In this document: in pieces, positions 20,890-31,603 of the stretch
Layout: every line of letters starts with the position of its first letter
How positions within the stretch are numbered: the stretch's first letter is position 1
Source: Thermoplasmatota archaeon
GTDB taxonomy: Archaea; Thermoplasmatota; E2; UBA202; JdFR-43
Direction of reading: 5' to 3'
DNA: 64,000 nt
Assembly: GCA_038818725.1 (NCBI GenBank)
Contig: JAWAYL010000003.1
Span: forward strand, 1,791 to 65,790
The notes under the pieces: generated by a model
What the model saw: only the letters and a program-made list of their open reading frames with translations
The model's database searches: none
What the model was told of the DNA's origin: nothing
Position numbers and translations under genes: made by a program

Positions 20890-21558
20890 AAAAGCAATAG
20901 ATGAGCTAAAAAGAGGTAATTTTATTCTTGTATATGATGCTGATGGTAGGGAAGAAGAAACTGATTTTTTTATTTCCGCGGAATTTGTTAGGCCAGAATC
21001 AATATATAGAATGAGGAAGGAAGGTGGTGGGCTTATATTTATAATGCTAAAATATGATATAGCAAAAAAAATTGGATTACCTTATCTTTCAGAAATAATT
21101 TATAATTGCTCAGATAAATGGCCTGTTTTTAAGGAAATCATTCCAAATGATATTCCATATGACACAAAATCTTCTTTTTCTCTTACTATAAACCATAGAA
21201 AAACTTTTACTGGAATAAGAGATATAGATAGAGCTATGACAATATCTAAGTTTGCTGAATTTGTTAAATTAGCAGATAAGCTTGAAAGCGAAGAAGCAAT
21301 GCATATTTTTGGAAAAAATTTCAGGAGCCCGGGGCATGTTCCAATATGTATTTCCGCAAAAAATTTGCTAAGGGAAAGGCAAGGACATACTGAGCTTGGA
21401 GTAGCTCTTGCGGAAATGGCGGGATTAGCGCCAGTAATGGCGGGATGCGAGATGCTTGATTTTGGCACAAGTTTGAGTAAAGAAAAGGCAAAGGAATACG
21501 CATTGCGTAATGGACTTGTTTTTGTTGAAGGTCGCGAGATTGTGGAGGCGTGGGAAGA

Positions 21559-21571
<13 letters not shown>
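20873..21571 (+). CDS. ribB: 3,4-dihydroxy-2-butanone-4-phosphate synthase
   Basis: YDADGREEETD, TFTGIRDIDR, FRSPGHV, RQGHTE, CEM. Confidence 0.95.
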
Positions 21572-22439
<868 letters not shown>

Positions 22440-22786
22440 TATATCTTCTCGCGAAGAATTTCTTAGAGGCATCGAAGAATATGAAACATTTTTACTTTAT
22501 CAGATTCTGATGAAAATAATATAAAGGATTTATTCAACAAATTTCTTGAAGCTCTAAGAGATGAGAAATGAAGAAGAAGTCCGTAGCAGTGACTAAAGCC
22601 CTGCATCTTTTAGCTCCAAATTTCTTTCCTTTATGGGATGAAAAAATAGCGAAAGCTTATGAATGTTGTTATAATAATCCCGGTGAAAAATATTTTTTAT
22701 TTTGTGAAAAAATCAAAGAGATAGCAGAGGAAGTTAAAAATTATGTAAATAGCAAAAACAAATCTCTTTTCAAGTTGATAGATTGA
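22440..22786 (+). pseudogene. Degraded hypothetical gene fragments
   Basis: Short protein-like pieces in different frames (SREEFLRGIEEYE; SDENNIKDLFNKFLEALR; VAVTKALHLLAPNFFPLWDEKIAKAY) separated by shifts and stops. Confidence 0.45.
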
Positions 22787-22847
22787 ATATAACCTGCTAT
22801 TCTTTCTCTTTGTAAAACAACAAAATATAATAATTTAAAAAGTATCT

Positions 22848-23618
22848 ATGAAAATGGATATGAAAGATAAAAAAAGAAATCTTTTGCTATTCTTTTTAGT
22901 AGCTTTTGCCTGGTCATGGTTGCTCTGGCTTCCTGAATTTTTTGGCTTTCGCCTTTATCTCGCTCCCTTTGGTCCAACTATATCTGCTTTTATTCTTACA
23001 TACGCAAATGATGGATTAAATGGAGTAAAAGAATTGTTTAAAAGAGGAATTGATTTTAAATTTAAAAAAATATGGTGGCTTCCGATATTTTTCTTAATGC
23101 CAGCAATTGTTGGCTTATCCTTTTTCCTTGCTATTCTTTGCGGCGAAAATCCTGAAATTGCGGTTTTATCTCAACCATGGATTATAATACCCGCATTTTT
23201 CTATATTCTATTTCTTGGCGGTCCGCTGGCGGAAGAATTTGGCTGGAGAGGATATGCTCTCGATACACTTCAAGCTCGTTATAGCGCTTTTATTTCGAGT
23301 GTTTTTCTCGGAATTATATGGGGGGCTTGGCATCTTCCATTATTTTTTATGAAAGAGCAGGATATATACCATAATATTCCTATTCCTTTTTTTATTTTTG
23401 GCACAGTTTTGCTTTCTATTCTTTTCACATGGATATATAATAATACAGGGAGAAGCATTTTAGCTGTTTTAATTTTCCATACAATGAGCAATTTATCCCA
23501 TTTCATCTTTCCAGCAATGGCAACTTCCTTTGGTGGCTTATATTCTGTGATAATCAACATAATTGTTGTAATAATTATATTAGCTATATTTGGTTCAAAA
23601 AGAATGGTTCGCGGATAA
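22848..23618 (+). CDS. CPBP/Abi (CAAX-type) intramembrane metalloprotease
   Basis: GGPLAEEFGWRGY, WGAWH, HTMSN; multiple TM helices. Confidence 0.92.
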   Translation: MKMDMKDKKRNLLLFFLVAFAWSWLLWLPEFFGFRLYLAPFGPTISAFILTYANDGLNGVKELFKRGIDFKFKKIWWLPIFFLMPAIVGLSFFLAILCGENPEIAVLSQPWIIIPAFFYILFLGGPLAEEFGWRGYALDTLQARYSAFISSVFLGIIWGAWHLPLFFMKEQDIYHNIPIPFFIFGTVLLSILFTWIYNNTGRSILAVLIFHTMSNLSHFIFPAMATSFGGLYSVIINIIVVIIILAIFGSKRMVRG

Positions 23619-23716
23619 AATTCAAGAATTAGAAAACTATAACGATTTGTTATCCAACATTCGGAGTGCTTAAGCTTTAAAAACAAAATTTAAATAATAA
23701 AAATTATTTAAAAATC

Positions 23717-24416
23717 ATGAAAAAAATATTTGGCATATTAATCAGTGGAATATTTGTAGTAACTCCTTTAGTTACTGCGACCTCTACCACTTACAATGAA
23801 TCACCGGTATTAACACAAGAAGCAACGAGTTCCCAAAATACTTTCTATAGTGTATGTCTTGGAAAAACGTGGATTCATGGCGGATTTGATAGGAGTTGTG
23901 ATGCAGAAGCCTTATAACATAAATTTAAATAATCTTAAAGCAGGCGATGTTATAGAATTTTATTTCTTGAAAAAAATTGAGGAATCGGATCTAAAAGAAC
24001 ATTTCTATTTTGAAGGAAAAGTGTATATTGATGGATACGGAGTTAGAGAAGAGTGGGATTATGAAGAAACAGATTTAGAAAATGATATGTCAGAAGATAG
24101 GATAAATAATTCAGACGAAGATTGGGTAAAAATAACAGTATATACCTTTACATATTCAGGTGGAGCAATCTATCTCCATTCTCAGTTATATGTAGAATAT
24201 CATTCCAGCGATTGGGGAGAGACAAATGATCCAGATGATTTTCCAGGAATTAATGACGTTGCATATGGAAACATTTACCTTTCTTTAAATAGTCCTTCTT
24301 GTGATAGTGCACAAAGCCAAAATACACAAACAATTCTTTCTACAAACTCTTCTTCTACATCTATGGAAGCAATTGCAGTTGCGGAAGCAATAAATACATC
24401 TAATACTTTAAATTAG
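23717..24416 (+). pseudogene. Secreted acidic protein apparently split by a frameshift near 23909
   Basis: Signal-peptide ORF (66 aa) overlaps a 188 aa ORF; removing one base gives ...RSCDAE/PYNINLNNL... Confidence 0.5.
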
Positions 24417-24848
24417 GTGAATGAGATGAAAGCAATGAAAAATGTAAGTAAGATTACACTCGTTTTCTTATCTATAAGTATATTGCTCCTTCCTTCTACA
24501 TTTCAAAAAATTTCTCCTGATATTGAGCTTCACATTCGTGCAGGGGTTAACCGACCCGCATATAGAGAAGATGATTATGGTTTTGGATATGGTGTAGATG
24601 TATACAACCGTAGAAATGAACCAGTTACTGCATTTTATTATGCTACCTATTATACTATTTCTGGAAAAAGAAATGATAGCGAAACATTTGTTGTTCCTCC
24701 AGGTTTAGGAAGTGGAAGAGATAGATTTTGCTTTTCAGCAATTCTTTCTCCAATAAAAGTTCATCTTGAAGCAGGAGGAAAAGAAAAAACAAGAGAAGGA
24801 TTTGTTGTATTTGGCTTCGTTGTATTTTTAACAAATGAAGAAAAATAA
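24417..24848 (+). CDS. Hypothetical secreted protein
   Basis: Signal peptide, beta-rich body, C-terminal REGFVVFGFVVF resembling the end of the 3215 protein. Confidence 0.6.
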   Translation: MNEMKAMKNVSKITLVFLSISILLLPSTFQKISPDIELHIRAGVNRPAYREDDYGFGYGVDVYNRRNEPVTAFYYATYYTISGKRNDSETFVVPPGLGSGRDRFCFSAILSPIKVHLEAGGKEKTREGFVVFGFVVFLTNEEK

Positions 24849-24898
24849 TATATTTAATTATTGCAGATAAGTTTAAAAATAAAAATTGAATTAATATC

Positions 24899-25375
24899 AT
24901 GAAAAAATTTGTTGTTATTGCAATTGTTTGCTTGCTTATTTTTCCAATAATTGAAGGTAGAAAAGAGAAAAGCGTTGAAAATAGAAACGAAATAACTTTT
25001 TCTGAAGTTAAAAATTATCTCATCAATTATCCAGGAGGAAAAATTATTATAGAAAAATTGCAAGAATATGGGCTTAATGAAAATAGCAGTGGAGCAATTA
25101 AGCTTTTTTGCCTGATGATAACAAAAGGATATGGATATGCATTTCCTCCTGGCATGCAGTTTGCAATTCTATCATCAATACTCAGTATATGGTATTATAC
25201 AGATGGCTATACTCAGTTTTATACTATTTCTGGGGAAGAAATTTATAATTTCAGTCAGATAGGCGTAGCTTTAATCTGGCCAATTGGCTTTTTCATCTCG
25301 CCAAGCATAACAAAACAGCCAGGCAATATAATCGGCGCAGGCTCCGCAATAGCAGTCGTTATATTCCAAGTTTAA
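24899..25375 (+). CDS. Hypothetical secreted/membrane protein
   Basis: MKKFVVIAIVCLLIF signal peptide, 158 aa ORF. Confidence 0.6.
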   Translation: MKKFVVIAIVCLLIFPIIEGRKEKSVENRNEITFSEVKNYLINYPGGKIIIEKLQEYGLNENSSGAIKLFCLMITKGYGYAFPPGMQFAILSSILSIWYYTDGYTQFYTISGEEIYNFSQIGVALIWPIGFFISPSITKQPGNIIGAGSAIAVVIFQV

Positions 25376-25835
25376 AGCCAAAGCCCTTTACTGTTGGCAG
25401 ACCTTGATTTTTCCATTCAACAATTCCTCCTTGCATGTTATATATTTTTCCTTCGAAACCAGCTTCTTCAAGCATTTTTCCTGCTATATAGCTTCTATTT
25501 CCTGTTCTGCAGTACAAAATTATTTCTTTTCCTTTAAAAATTGTTTTAAAAATATTTAGCAGATAAGGACTTTCCATCCACTGCAATGTAAATAATATTG
25601 GCTTGTCATAAATATGAGGAGTTGCTATTCTCTCATTGAAATATTCATTGAAATATCTTACATCTACAGGATGCTGTATTCCATCTTCTTCGCTATTTAG
25701 CATATTCCATGCTTGGAGGACAGTAATGTTAGTCAATTCTATAATTCTGCTATTTTCTATTTTTTCGCTTTTAGTTTCACTTATATTGAAGTTTGCCAGT
25801 ATAAGAAATACAACCAATATAGCTAATTTTTTCAT
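25359..25835 (-). CDS. Exported rhodanese-like domain protein
   Basis: Signal peptide, VDVR, YCRTGNRS active-site loop, MQGGIVEW. Confidence 0.88.
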   Translation of the reverse strand: MKKLAILVVFLILANFNISETKSEKIENSRIIELTNITVLQAWNMLNSEEDGIQHPVDVRYFNEYFNERIATPHIYDKPILFTLQWMESPYLLNIFKTIFKGKEIILYCRTGNRSYIAGKMLEEAGFEGKIYNMQGGIVEWKNQGLPTVKGFGFKLGI

Positions 25836-25904
25836 GATATTAAGCAAAAAAGAATATAAAATTTTTCTGCAAGGATTTATAAATGGATAAAAAATTTATA
25901 AGCA

Positions 25905-26285
25905 ATGTATAAATTGCCAAAAGAAGAAGAAATAAGAAGAGCAATTTTCAATGCAATTAAAAAAGAGAGGAGCTTTAACTCTTTAAAAGATTTCAGGGAT
26001 AAAATCTTGAATGAATTGAAAAAAATTGATGAAAATTATACAATAAGCTTGGGGAGAGCAAGAAGCTTAATAGCTCGCTCAGGCTTTGTAAAGATATCTA
26101 TAAAAAATAAAAAAACGGATAAAAAAATTTTGAAATGCCCTGTTTGTAGCGGAAATCTTGAAAAATTAAAAAATTTATCTTTGCTGGGAGAAAAAATTGT
26201 AGTTGGTTATAGATGCAAAATTTGTGGTTATAAAGCAAAAAAAGGAGAAATGCCCTATAGATATGAATTCCACTTTACCAAATAA
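25905..26285 (+). CDS. Hypothetical basic zinc-ribbon protein
   Basis: CPVC...CKICGY; Lys/Arg-rich. Confidence 0.7.
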   Translation: MYKLPKEEEIRRAIFNAIKKERSFNSLKDFRDKILNELKKIDENYTISLGRARSLIARSGFVKISIKNKKTDKKILKCPVCSGNLEKLKNLSLLGEKIVVGYRCKICGYKAKKGEMPYRYEFHFTK

Positions 26286-26313
26286 TTATTTATACTAAAT
26301 TTATTTTTCTTGT

Positions 26314-26398
26314 GCAGGGGTAGCCAAGCCAGGCCAACGGCGCAGGACTTAAGATCCTGTGGTGAAGTCCTTCGAGGGTTCAAATCCCTCCCCCTGCA
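26314..26398 (+). tRNA. tRNA-Leu(TAA), intronless, CCA not encoded
   Basis: Acceptor GCAGGGG/CCCCTGC-A, anticodon arm CAGGA-CTTAAGA-TCCTG, long variable arm, T arm GAGGG-TTCAAAT-CCCTC. Confidence 0.97.
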
Positions 26399-26437
26399 TT
26401 TTCGCTAAGTTTTTATATCATTAAAATTTTCTATCCA

Positions 26438-27079
26438 ATGGAAATTTTTGAAAGAATAAAACAGGGGATTATAGTTGAAGTAGATAATGTAAAGCAGGCT
26501 ATTGAGATAGATAAGCATGCTCATGGGGTTTTTTTAAGAAATTTTGATATTGAAATGATAGAAGAAATAAAAGAAGAAGTTTCTTTGCCATTAATTGCAA
26601 GTTGCAGAGTTGGACATTTTATTGAAGCAAGAATTCTAGAAAAAATAGGCGTAGATATAATTGATGAAAGTGAGGCGGGAGATATGGAATATATAAAAAA
26701 GAAAGATTTTTCCACTCCATTTATGTGTAAAATTAATAGCATAGAGGAAGCAAAGGAGAGAATAGATGAAGGAGCAAAAATACTCAGAACAGATTTTGGA
26801 GCCCTTGAAGATGTTTTATGGCTTATAAAAGAAGGAAAGGAAAAAAAATTAAAGGCTTTGCTTTTTATTGCTCTTGAAATTGCATCTCCTGCAGATGTTG
26901 CTCTTCTTTTTCAAATTGGAGCAGATGGAATAATTATTTCCTCTAATATCTTTCGCTCTCCAAATCCGCCAAAACTCCTTGATAGTATAGTAAATGCATC
27001 TCTGAATTATAACAACATAGAAAAAATAGTTGAATTGAGCAGACAGATTAAAAAAATTCTGCCTTCTGAAGCGAAATAA
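26438..27079 (+). CDS. Degenerate, shortened PdxS/SNZ-like protein
   Basis: CRVGHFIEARILEKIGVDIIDESE, SPADVAL, GADG, IFRS; catalytic Asp/Lys positions substituted. Confidence 0.8.
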   Translation: MEIFERIKQGIIVEVDNVKQAIEIDKHAHGVFLRNFDIEMIEEIKEEVSLPLIASCRVGHFIEARILEKIGVDIIDESEAGDMEYIKKKDFSTPFMCKINSIEEAKERIDEGAKILRTDFGALEDVLWLIKEGKEKKLKALLFIALEIASPADVALLFQIGADGIIISSNIFRSPNPPKLLDSIVNASLNYNNIEKIVELSRQIKKILPSEAK

Positions 27080-27119
27080 ATATAAAGATGTTTTTAATTA
27101 TGTATTTGGAGGCTGAAAA

Positions 27120-30100
27120 ATGAAAGGAAAAGCGAAAATAGCGGTAGGAATTGTGGTGTTATTAGCGATATCTGCGATAAGCTTTGGCATAACAATGCAG
27201 CCACAGCAGAGCAAACCTATAACAAAATTGCAGAAAAAGATAAAAACAACAGATATATCTGGAAATGAAAAAATAGAAAGCTACCTTCTCGACAGCTACA
27301 TAAGGGATGATGGCGAAGAAGCTCTTTTATTTGCTGAAGGAGACGATGCTGGCTATAATGTTGATACAGGAAATGAATTTAAGAGAGCTTTGCCAATCTA
27401 TCCTGGCGAAATTAGGGATTTAGCGCCTGGAAGAAAATTCACTGGACAACTTGATCCAGGAAGGGACAATGAAGACTGGTATTCATTTTCTGTATGTGAA
27501 AAACAAAAGATAAAAGCTACGCTTACCCCCTCTTCAAACTTTGATTTACAGCTTGCAAATCCTAGCGGCTATGTTGTTGCAACTTCAGCAAATGCAGGAA
27601 ATGCTGCGGAAAGCGTTGAATTTACTGCTAACGTGACAGGTTTATGGGCAATTCGCATATATGCAGGGAGCGGAGCAAGCGCTGGCGGCTATACTTTTGA
27701 TGTTAAAATAGAGGGGCAGAACGATGCGGGCACAGGCAAGGATGCTGGAAATAGCATTTCGCAGGCAACAGCAATAACTCCTGGAACATATAATGGATAT
27801 ATGGATATGAATGACTGGGAAGATTGGTATAGCTTTAGTGTTAGTGCTGGGCAGGGAATAAAAGTAGAAATAAAACCAATGCAGAAATCAGATTTTGACA
27901 TACACCTTTATGACCCAACTGGCAAATGGGTTTATAGTGCTCAATATTATGGGAATGATACTCTTGAATATCCAGCAGATAAAAGCGGAACATGGTATAT
28001 AAAAATAGATATGTTCCCAGGATGGGATAAAAGCAAATGGCCAGAAAATTACTTCCTCTATGGCTCTGGAGTATATGAGTTAACATTAACTCTCGGTGTA
28101 TCAGCTGCGCAGCCACCAGGCCCAATTCCACAGCGTGAAATAATTCCTGTTGCACAGACATTTATTGTAAATGATAATCCAAATAGCAATAGCGATGAAT
28201 ATGCATATATAGCTGCTATACCAGCTGCAAACTATATTAAAGATGGAAAGAGATATGTTTCCCCAATTGTTTATAGAGGAGTAAATAAGCAAACTCATTG
28301 GTTTGGAACAGTTGATGATACAACTCAATATTTGCTTGATGATTGGAATACATATCTTGCAAGGCATGGAATGACAGCAAAAGAATATGTATTGAATGCG
28401 GATCCAGTTAAAGCAGCTGCTGAAATAGCAACTACAAAATGGACAAGTTCAAGCACTGCTGTTGTTACTGTAGATGGTAGCGACTTTAGCGATGAAATTA
28501 ATACAATAGTAGACAAAGATGCAACACTTATAGTTAAAACAAAGCAAATGGTTGCTCCAAAAGGAAGTTCAAAACTTAAAGATTTGGGAGGAAAGCAGGC
28601 ATTGCCAATGTTTTTGGATAAGAGCTGGGGAGCAATGACAGTCTATACACATGGCTCTGATTCGCCAGCAGTAGGAATAATAACTCCAAGATATGAGCCA
28701 GGCACTGAAGAAGATTGGCCTCATCCATATGACGCAAGAGGAGACAATACAAATATATACTTCCCTGTTTCAGTCCCAGGGTTATGGATTCCATATGTTG
28801 GTTCAAACTCCGGCGACTGGACGCTTGAAGTAACTGTTTATAGTGGAGATAGATATACAATTCCAATTTCAACAACAGATTGCAGTATAAAAGTTACTGT
28901 AACAACAGATGAGCCAAGCTATTTAGAAGTATTCCTTATTGATCCTTATGCAAATATAAGAGATCCTTCTGTGCCACACTGGAACGGTGGACCAATAAAT
29001 CCAATTCATGTATGGAATGGCGGTCATTGGGAAGGCATAGGATTTGAGAAATGGCGCAGGTGGGAGCCCACATACAGTAAAGAGCATACTGTTGAAGCTC
29101 ATTATCCAATGACAGGAAAATGGACCGCAATTGTTGCTCCTCACTATCCATATGGACAGGAAAAGACAAGCGACTCAATACCATATCATATAAAAATAGA
29201 GGTGAGGCAGCATAATCCAAAGAGAGTTAATGCTGGCTTGTCTGCTGCAAATGCTGCTGTAATTGCTTCATTGAAACATGCTCCATTGCTTTATGTAAAA
29301 GAGGATAGCATACCTCCTGAAACAACAAACGCATTGACAAAGCTTGGAGTATCAAACATAATATTTGTAAATATTGGAAAAGTCAGCTCTGTAAGCTTGC
29401 CAGGAAGTGTTACAGAATATAAGACAATGGCAGAAGTAGTTGATGCAATAAAGAAAGATCCAAAATCAGAAAATTTCATAACAATTACTTCATTTGGCAC
29501 ATTAAATGGCTATTTTGCTCCTGCAGCAATGATTGCAGCATATCATGGTTCACCTGTTTTGAGCATTGGCGAAGCAGCTGAGGCATATGATATACTTGAT
29601 AAAGCAACAACATGGCGCACATATGGTGGAGGATGGTATCACGGATGCAGAGCTCAGGGGCATTTGCCATCAATGAGTGAGCCATTTGACTGGATAGATT
29701 TCTTAAAGGATTTACTTGGAGGAAATATACCAAGCCCAGGCTTTGATTTAGAAAAAAGATGGTTTACCGCAATACATGATGGAATACATAACCTTACACT
29801 TAAATACAATCTTGATTTGCCAGGAAAGGAAGCTTATTTATTTGTTGCAGATAGAGAGGATGATATTCGCCATCTTGCAATACTTGCAATGACAGGAAAT
29901 AATTCCTATGCAGGACAAATAATATTTGACACGCCTGCAATGCAAACCGCGCTGGTATGCAGAGATATATTATATCCAGCAATAATTTATGCAAACCCAG
30001 GAAGGAATGTAACAACTTCTCAGCTGATGAACTTCCCAGATGGAAATACATGGCGCACAAATGATGGAAAATCATATTCAGTATTTTCAAGCCGTGAATT

Positions 30101-30806
30101 AAAGGCGTCATTCAGCTCACATGGAAGATTTTATGAAGGACATTGCATATGGGAAAATCTACTTAAGAGATATAATACAGGAGTAAGCATTAGCTATTAT
30201 TCCGGTCATGGAACAGGAGGAAGCGGAATTTCCGCACAGCCACGCAACTGGGCTGAAGATTTCCCACAAGCAGAGCCGAGATATGAACATTTGCATGATT
30301 TCACATGGTGGGATGGATGGCGAGGATATATGTATGATGACACTCAAACAAAAGATCCAAGATGGGGTGGATTTACATGGTATAATCCAAAAGAACCAAA
30401 TCTATATGACATAATTCACTTCAAGTGGGTTGATCAGCTATTCCAGAATTTGCACAGCGAAATAGAATTATGGATGTCATGCACAACTGGACAGCATTTT
30501 GGTCCAGACATATATCTTGAGCATGGAGCAGCACTTTGGTATGGAAATGCGGGCACAGGACTATGCCCACAGGAAGATTTGCTCGATGATTGGTGGATAC
30601 ATGATTTCCTAGTTGAAGGAAAATCAATAGGAGAAGCATTATCAACATACATATATTTGCATCAGCGCGACTATACAACAGGCGATGATTTTGCAATGTA
30701 TGGTCCATCATCAATGCAGGTTACAAATGTTCAAGTGATCTTTGGAGATCCAACACTTATATGCTATAGCCCAGAATGGGTTGAGCCAACACCAGTAGCA
30801 CCATAA
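27120..30806 (+). CDS. Large secreted protein with two PPC domains and a C-terminal C25 (gingipain)-like domain
   Basis: Signal peptide, two (N/W)EDWYSF..DFD(L/I).L..P.G repeats, SGHG, MSC, FGDP. Confidence 0.75.
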   Translation: MKGKAKIAVGIVVLLAISAISFGITMQPQQSKPITKLQKKIKTTDISGNEKIESYLLDSYIRDDGEEALLFAEGDDAGYNVDTGNEFKRALPIYPGEIRDLAPGRKFTGQLDPGRDNEDWYSFSVCEKQKIKATLTPSSNFDLQLANPSGYVVATSANAGNAAESVEFTANVTGLWAIRIYAGSGASAGGYTFDVKIEGQNDAGTGKDAGNSISQATAITPGTYNGYMDMNDWEDWYSFSVSAGQGIKVEIKPMQKSDFDIHLYDPTGKWVYSAQYYGNDTLEYPADKSGTWYIKIDMFPGWDKSKWPENYFLYGSGVYELTLTLGVSAAQPPGPIPQREIIPVAQTFIVNDNPNSNSDEYAYIAAIPAANYIKDGKRYVSPIVYRGVNKQTHWFGTVDDTTQYLLDDWNTYLARHGMTAKEYVLNADPVKAAAEIATTKWTSSSTAVVTVDGSDFSDEINTIVDKDATLIVKTKQMVAPKGSSKLKDLGGKQALPMFLDKSWGAMTVYTHGSDSPAVGIITPRYEPGTEEDWPHPYDARGDNTNIYFPVSVPGLWIPYVGSNSGDWTLEVTVYSGDRYTIPISTTDCSIKVTVTTDEPSYLEVFLIDPYANIRDPSVPHWNGGPINPIHVWNGGHWEGIGFEKWRRWEPTYSKEHTVEAHYPMTGKWTAIVAPHYPYGQEKTSDSIPYHIKIEVRQHNPKRVNAGLSAANAAVIASLKHAPLLYVKEDSIPPETTNALTKLGVSNIIFVNIGKVSSVSLPGSVTEYKTMAEVVDAIKKDPKSENFITITSFGTLNGYFAPAAMIAAYHGSPVLSIGEAAEAYDILDKATTWRTYGGGWYHGCRAQGHLPSMSEPFDWIDFLKDLLGGNIPSPGFDLEKRWFTAIHDGIHNLTLKYNLDLPGKEAYLFVADREDDIRHLAILAMTGNNSYAGQIIFDTPAMQTALVCRDILYPAIIYANPGRNVTTSQLMNFPDGNTWRTNDGKSYSVFSSRELKASFSSHGRFYEGHCIWENLLKRYNTGVSISYYSGHGTGGSGISAQPRNWAEDFPQAEPRYEHLHDFTWWDGWRGYMYDDTQTKDPRWGGFTWYNPKEPNLYDIIHFKWVDQLFQNLHSEIELWMSCTTGQHFGPDIYLEHGAALWYGNAGTGLCPQEDLLDDWWIHDFLVEGKSIGEALSTYIYLHQRDYTTGDDFAMYGPSSMQVTNVQVIFGDPTLICYSPEWVEPTPVAP

Positions 30807-31576
30807 TCTCTTCCCTCTTTTATTATTTTTTCTGGGGCATTTGCTATTTTTACTAATGCTTTTTCTTCCATAAAATGCAATTTTCCAGGAAAAATTAATG
30901 AATGCGGTAGCTCGCCAAAATCTTCTTTTATTAAATCTCTTATTTTTCCAGCTTTTGCAATTGCATTGCTTGAGGAAACTCTCGCAATAACTACAATTAA
31001 GGAATTTTCATCAACAATCCTTTCTTTCTTTATTTTTTCCATTTCAAGAAGTATTTCCATTGCTTCATTTGCACTCATGCCAATGTCAAGCAGCAATAAT
31101 GAATGCAATCCCGCCTTAAGATTTTCTTTTAGATTTTCATATGGTGATAGAGGAAAATATCCTTCAGAAGGCTTAGCTATGCTTATTACTCGCCCAAACT
31201 TATAAGCTTGCAACCCAACAAAACTTGCAGATGCAGATACAATGCTAACTCCATGAATAATTTTTGTTTCAACTCCTTCTTCCATTGCCCTTATTCTGAG
31301 TTCAACATGCGTTGTTGCCTCCATCGGGTCGCCAGGCACAAGAAGCGCGACTTTATGCTTTTTTGCCTCCTCTATTACAATTTTTCCATCTTCAAGCTCT
31401 TCTCTATTTAAAACACGAATTTTTTTTCCTATAAGCTTTTCTATTTTTTCTGTTTCAACACCCATTTTGCTTGTATAAAATTCTGCAAAAATTTTATCGC
31501 ATTTTCTTGCTTCCTCAAGCCCTTTTAATGTTATGTCTTTTTCATCCCACAAACCCAAGCCAATGAAAGAGAGCAT
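30764..31576 (-). CDS. dph5: Diphthine synthase
   Basis: FIGLGL, EFYTS, GDPMEATTH, GLQAYKFG, GLHSLLLLD. Confidence 0.95.
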   Translation of the reverse strand: MLSFIGLGLWDEKDITLKGLEEARKCDKIFAEFYTSKMGVETEKIEKLIGKKIRVLNREELEDGKIVIEEAKKHKVALLVPGDPMEATTHVELRIRAMEEGVETKIIHGVSIVSASASFVGLQAYKFGRVISIAKPSEGYFPLSPYENLKENLKAGLHSLLLLDIGMSANEAMEILLEMEKIKKERIVDENSLIVVIARVSSSNAIAKAGKIRDLIKEDFGELPHSLIFPGKLHFMEEKALVKIANAPEKIIKEGRDYGATGVGSTHSGL

Positions 31577-31603
31577 AAATGTATATATGGGGGATTTATA
31601 TAT

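Noticed and set aside
24650..25233. TTATACTATTTCTGG (YTISG) present in two neighbouring orphan genes
   Set aside because: Single low-complexity 15-mer with no wider similarity
30764..30806. 43-bp convergent overlap of dph5 with the large secreted protein gene
   Set aside because: Tail-to-tail overlaps are common throughout this compact window
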